Virus record (IMG/VR): IMGVR_UViG_2862178590_000001
Coordinates: 1 to 64,000 of that record
From: a virus
Lineage: Duplodnaviria; Caudoviricetes
Direction: 5' to 3' (one strand)
DNA: 64,000 bases
The position numbers and the translations under genes were made by a program. The notes beneath the pieces are model-generated. The model was not told the origin of the DNA and did not search any database. It saw only the letters and a program-made list of their open reading frames with translations. Of the stretch, positions 61,936 through 64,000 are shown piece after piece (the stretch's first letter is position 1; every line of letters begins with the position of its first letter).

Positions 61936-62228
61936 GGGGTCTCCGTCCTGGCCGGATTGTTGGCGGGGGTGCCGTGCCCGTTGGGGATTTCGATTGCCTG
62001 GCAGCAGGCGGTACAGCGGCGCCGTCCGAACCGGGAGCCGAGGCCGGGGTAGTCCCAGGCGCGGCGTAGGCGGCAGGCGGCGCGGGCGGGCAGGAGTACG
62101 CATTCGTCGATCGCGTCGCGCATTTCGTCGCGGCTGATCGCCGTCCCGGGGATGGCGTGCAGGCGGCGCCATTTCCCGCAGGTGAGCCACCAGTGGTTGT
62201 GGTTCTCGGGGATGGGGTGCGACGTCAC
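61932..62228 (-). CDS. Hypothetical protein
   Basis: RRLHAI, RRRCTACC. Confidence 0.6.
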   Translation of the reverse strand: MTSHPIPENHNHWWLTCGKWRRLHAIPGTAISRDEMRDAIDECVLLPARAACRLRRAWDYPGLGSRFGRRRCTACCQAIEIPNGHGTPANNPARTETP

Positions 62229-63340
62229 GGGGTCTCCGGTCCGTTCAGGGCGTCGTTGAGGCGCTGGTCGAGGATCGTGTCAGCCTGCCGGGCACGCCAG
62301 TTGGCGAGGCTGATGACGTCGCTCACGGCCTCGCCGAACGGTGTGCCGCCCTCTACCGCGCGGTCGATCTCGGCCAGGTCGTCGGCGGTGATCCGGACGC
62401 CGGGTGGTGGGGGCCGGTAGCCGTTCGTCTGGCAGATCGTGGTCAGGATGTAGTGTGCGGCGGCGTCCTCGTTGGGCTGACCAGCAGCAGGGGCGGGGAG
62501 CCGCCCGATCCACCGCGTCCGGCACAACGGGCCTCCGCACGACGCGCCATGGTCGCAGCTGAGCCGTTGCTTGCCGGTGGTGGGGCAGCGGGCGACGTCG
62601 CAGCCGTCGGCGTGTTCGGCACCGGGCCGTACTCCACAGTCGGGGCAAGTGGACACGGTGCAGCGCCCGTCGGGGAGGCCGCAGTCGCATTCGCTGCAGT
62701 GCGCGCAGAACGGGTTGTCCTCGAAGTTCCTGTAGACGATCGGGCCGCCTCCGCAGGCGCAGCAAACCTCGGCGTCGCCGCTGGCGGGCGGGTTGTTCGG
62801 GGTTGTCCGGGGGTTGTCTGCCTGCCGGATGGCCTGGTCGAGGAGGTGGGCGGCCTGGGTCCATACGGCGGCCGTGGTGTGGTGGTCCGGGCGAGTGTCG
62901 TCGTCGGCGTCGCGTTCGGCACGGGCGGCCTGGACCGCGGCAGCTGTGGCCTGATCGAGGAGGGCCCGGAACGGGGCGAGCGGGTCGGTGTCGCCGGTTC
63001 GGTGCCACGTGGCTCCGTTGGCGTCCTGGTGGACGGGCCCGTCGTGCTGGTGGCGGAGGATGCACGGGCCGAGCGGCTGGCGCATGGCGCCGAGGTCCGA
63101 AGCGCCGCAGGGCGGTGGTTGGGCTGCCCAGTAGTCGGGGCGGACGGGCTCCCAGTCGCCGTAGGTGATCCGGCGGCGGATGACGGGCCGGTTGCCCGCC
63201 TTGAACCCCTCGTTGTCGCCGGGGACGACCCCGTACCGGGTGGGGTCCGGGTAGGCGCCGAGGACGGTGTGGAACTCCCACTCGGGCGGCGGGACGGGCG
63301 GCAGGAGATCCTTGCGGACGGGCTCGGGCTGGTCAGACAT
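62225..63340 (-). CDS. Cys-rich multidomain hypothetical protein
   Basis: CCAC, CAHC, CDC, CPDC..HADGCDVARC..CDH; start 63340. Confidence 0.65.
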   Translation of the reverse strand: MSDQPEPVRKDLLPPVPPPEWEFHTVLGAYPDPTRYGVVPGDNEGFKAGNRPVIRRRITYGDWEPVRPDYWAAQPPPCGASDLGAMRQPLGPCILRHQHDGPVHQDANGATWHRTGDTDPLAPFRALLDQATAAAVQAARAERDADDDTRPDHHTTAAVWTQAAHLLDQAIRQADNPRTTPNNPPASGDAEVCCACGGGPIVYRNFEDNPFCAHCSECDCGLPDGRCTVSTCPDCGVRPGAEHADGCDVARCPTTGKQRLSCDHGASCGGPLCRTRWIGRLPAPAAGQPNEDAAAHYILTTICQTNGYRPPPPGVRITADDLAEIDRAVEGGTPFGEAVSDVISLANWRARQADTILDQRLNDALNGPETP

Positions 63341-63596
63341 GGTCGTCTCCGTCGTGGGTGTCGGGCTGCGGGCAGAGTTCGAAGTCGTCCTGCCGTCCAC
63401 CGGCGAAGCGACCGTGTTCGTCGATCAGCCCGGCGTCCCGCAGCGCGGCGTGGAGGACGGTGGCCTGGGCGATCAGTGCTTGAACGGCGGGCGCGGCGGC
63501 TTGGAGCATCCGCTGGGCAGCCGCCCCGAACTCGGCCGCGGCCTGCACGTACTCGTCCCGCTGCTCGTCAGTCAGCGGCTCAGGCTGGTCGGTCAC
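63333..63596 (-). CDS. Hypothetical protein
   Basis: Overlapping start/stop in operon. Confidence 0.55.
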   Translation of the reverse strand: MTDQPEPLTDEQRDEYVQAAAEFGAAAQRMLQAAAPAVQALIAQATVLHAALRDAGLIDEHGRFAGGRQDDFELCPQPDTHDGDDHV

Positions 63597-63772
63597 GGCT
63601 GACTCCCAGGTTCGGTGAGGGGCAGGGCGGGTTGTTCGGCGCCGCCGCAGCGCGGGGACCGGTACCAGGCGTGCGATTGGCGGGGCTTGAGGTGGTGGCG
63701 GATCTTTCCGTCGACGCGGACGTCGAACTCGCGGCGGCAGACCGGGCAGATACCACGGCGGCGGGCGGTCAT
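63593..63772 (-). CDS. Small Zn-finger protein
   Basis: CPVC...IRHH...RCGG. Confidence 0.55.
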   Translation of the reverse strand: MTARRRGICPVCRREFDVRVDGKIRHHLKPRQSHAWYRSPRCGGAEQPALPLTEPGSQP

Positions 63773-63996
63773 CGCGGGCTCCCGGTGTCGAGGGCGTATC
63801 CGGTGCGGCGCGGCTTGCCGTTGCAGGTAGTCGCAGTGGCGTGGAGCTGGGCGACGAGGATCCATCGGGGGCGCTTGCCGGTGATGGCGTCGACGACGTA
63901 GGCGTGATCGTGGCCAGAGGTGTAGGCGTCGATGCGGATCGGTGATCCGCCGCGCGGGTCGCAGGAGCGGTAGATCTGGCCGAGCTCGATGGGCAT
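63769..63996 (-). CDS. Hypothetical phage protein (DUF6354-like)
   Basis: GQIYRSCDPRG...LHAT...RRTGYAL. Confidence 0.6.
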   Translation of the reverse strand: MPIELGQIYRSCDPRGGSPIRIDAYTSGHDHAYVVDAITGKRPRWILVAQLHATATTCNGKPRRTGYALDTGSPR

Positions 63997-64000
63997 GTCG

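Larger units (their letters stand above)
2832..64000 (-). mobile_element. Temperate siphovirus-like prophage with an AICE-type transfer module (continues beyond the window)
   Basis: Terminase, portal, capsid, tail tube, TMP and lysis genes in one - strand block; early genes to the right; no integrase in the window. Confidence 0.9.

Noticed and set aside
103-63901. Many long + strand ORFs (e.g. 11021-12562, 34523-36133, 50983-52986, 52203-54146)
   Set aside because: Antisense shadows of high-GC - strand genes, with no recognisable motifs.
2832-64000. Replication initiator or integrase for the element
   Set aside because: No RepSA, primase, helicase or integrase motif found in the window; presumably beyond 64000, so not called.

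Overview
High-GC actinomycete (Streptomyces-like) DNA. About 61 kb of the window is the left part of a large temperate siphovirus-like prophage, mostly on the - strand. Its left junction appears to be at ~2832, next to an orphan 3' fragment of a sugar ABC permease gene; the right end and integrase lie beyond the window. From left to right: a T4-type RNA ligase/Pnkp pair (probably host side); an accessory region (XRE regulators, flavoprotein, Ku, resolvase, GNAT-HTH, and Ro60/TROVE with three tandem Y-RNA-like genes); an expanded lysis cassette (PLD, HNH, collagen-like protein, holin, GH25, papain-like protease); tail, head and terminase genes; a second fibre-like virion module upstream of the terminase; small early genes; an AICE/plasmid-type conjugation and control module (TraB, a clt-like repeat array, Spd-like proteins, excisionase-like protein, KorSA-like GntR with four 12-bp operators); and more small genes. 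Best leads: (1) a prophage with an apparently complete TraB/clt transfer system; (2) the Ro60 plus triple Y RNA array, including circularly permuted tRNA mimics and a minimal unit; (3) a protamine-like NUMOD3-repeat protein among the head-tail genes. Family assignments come from motif recognition only; no database searches were run.
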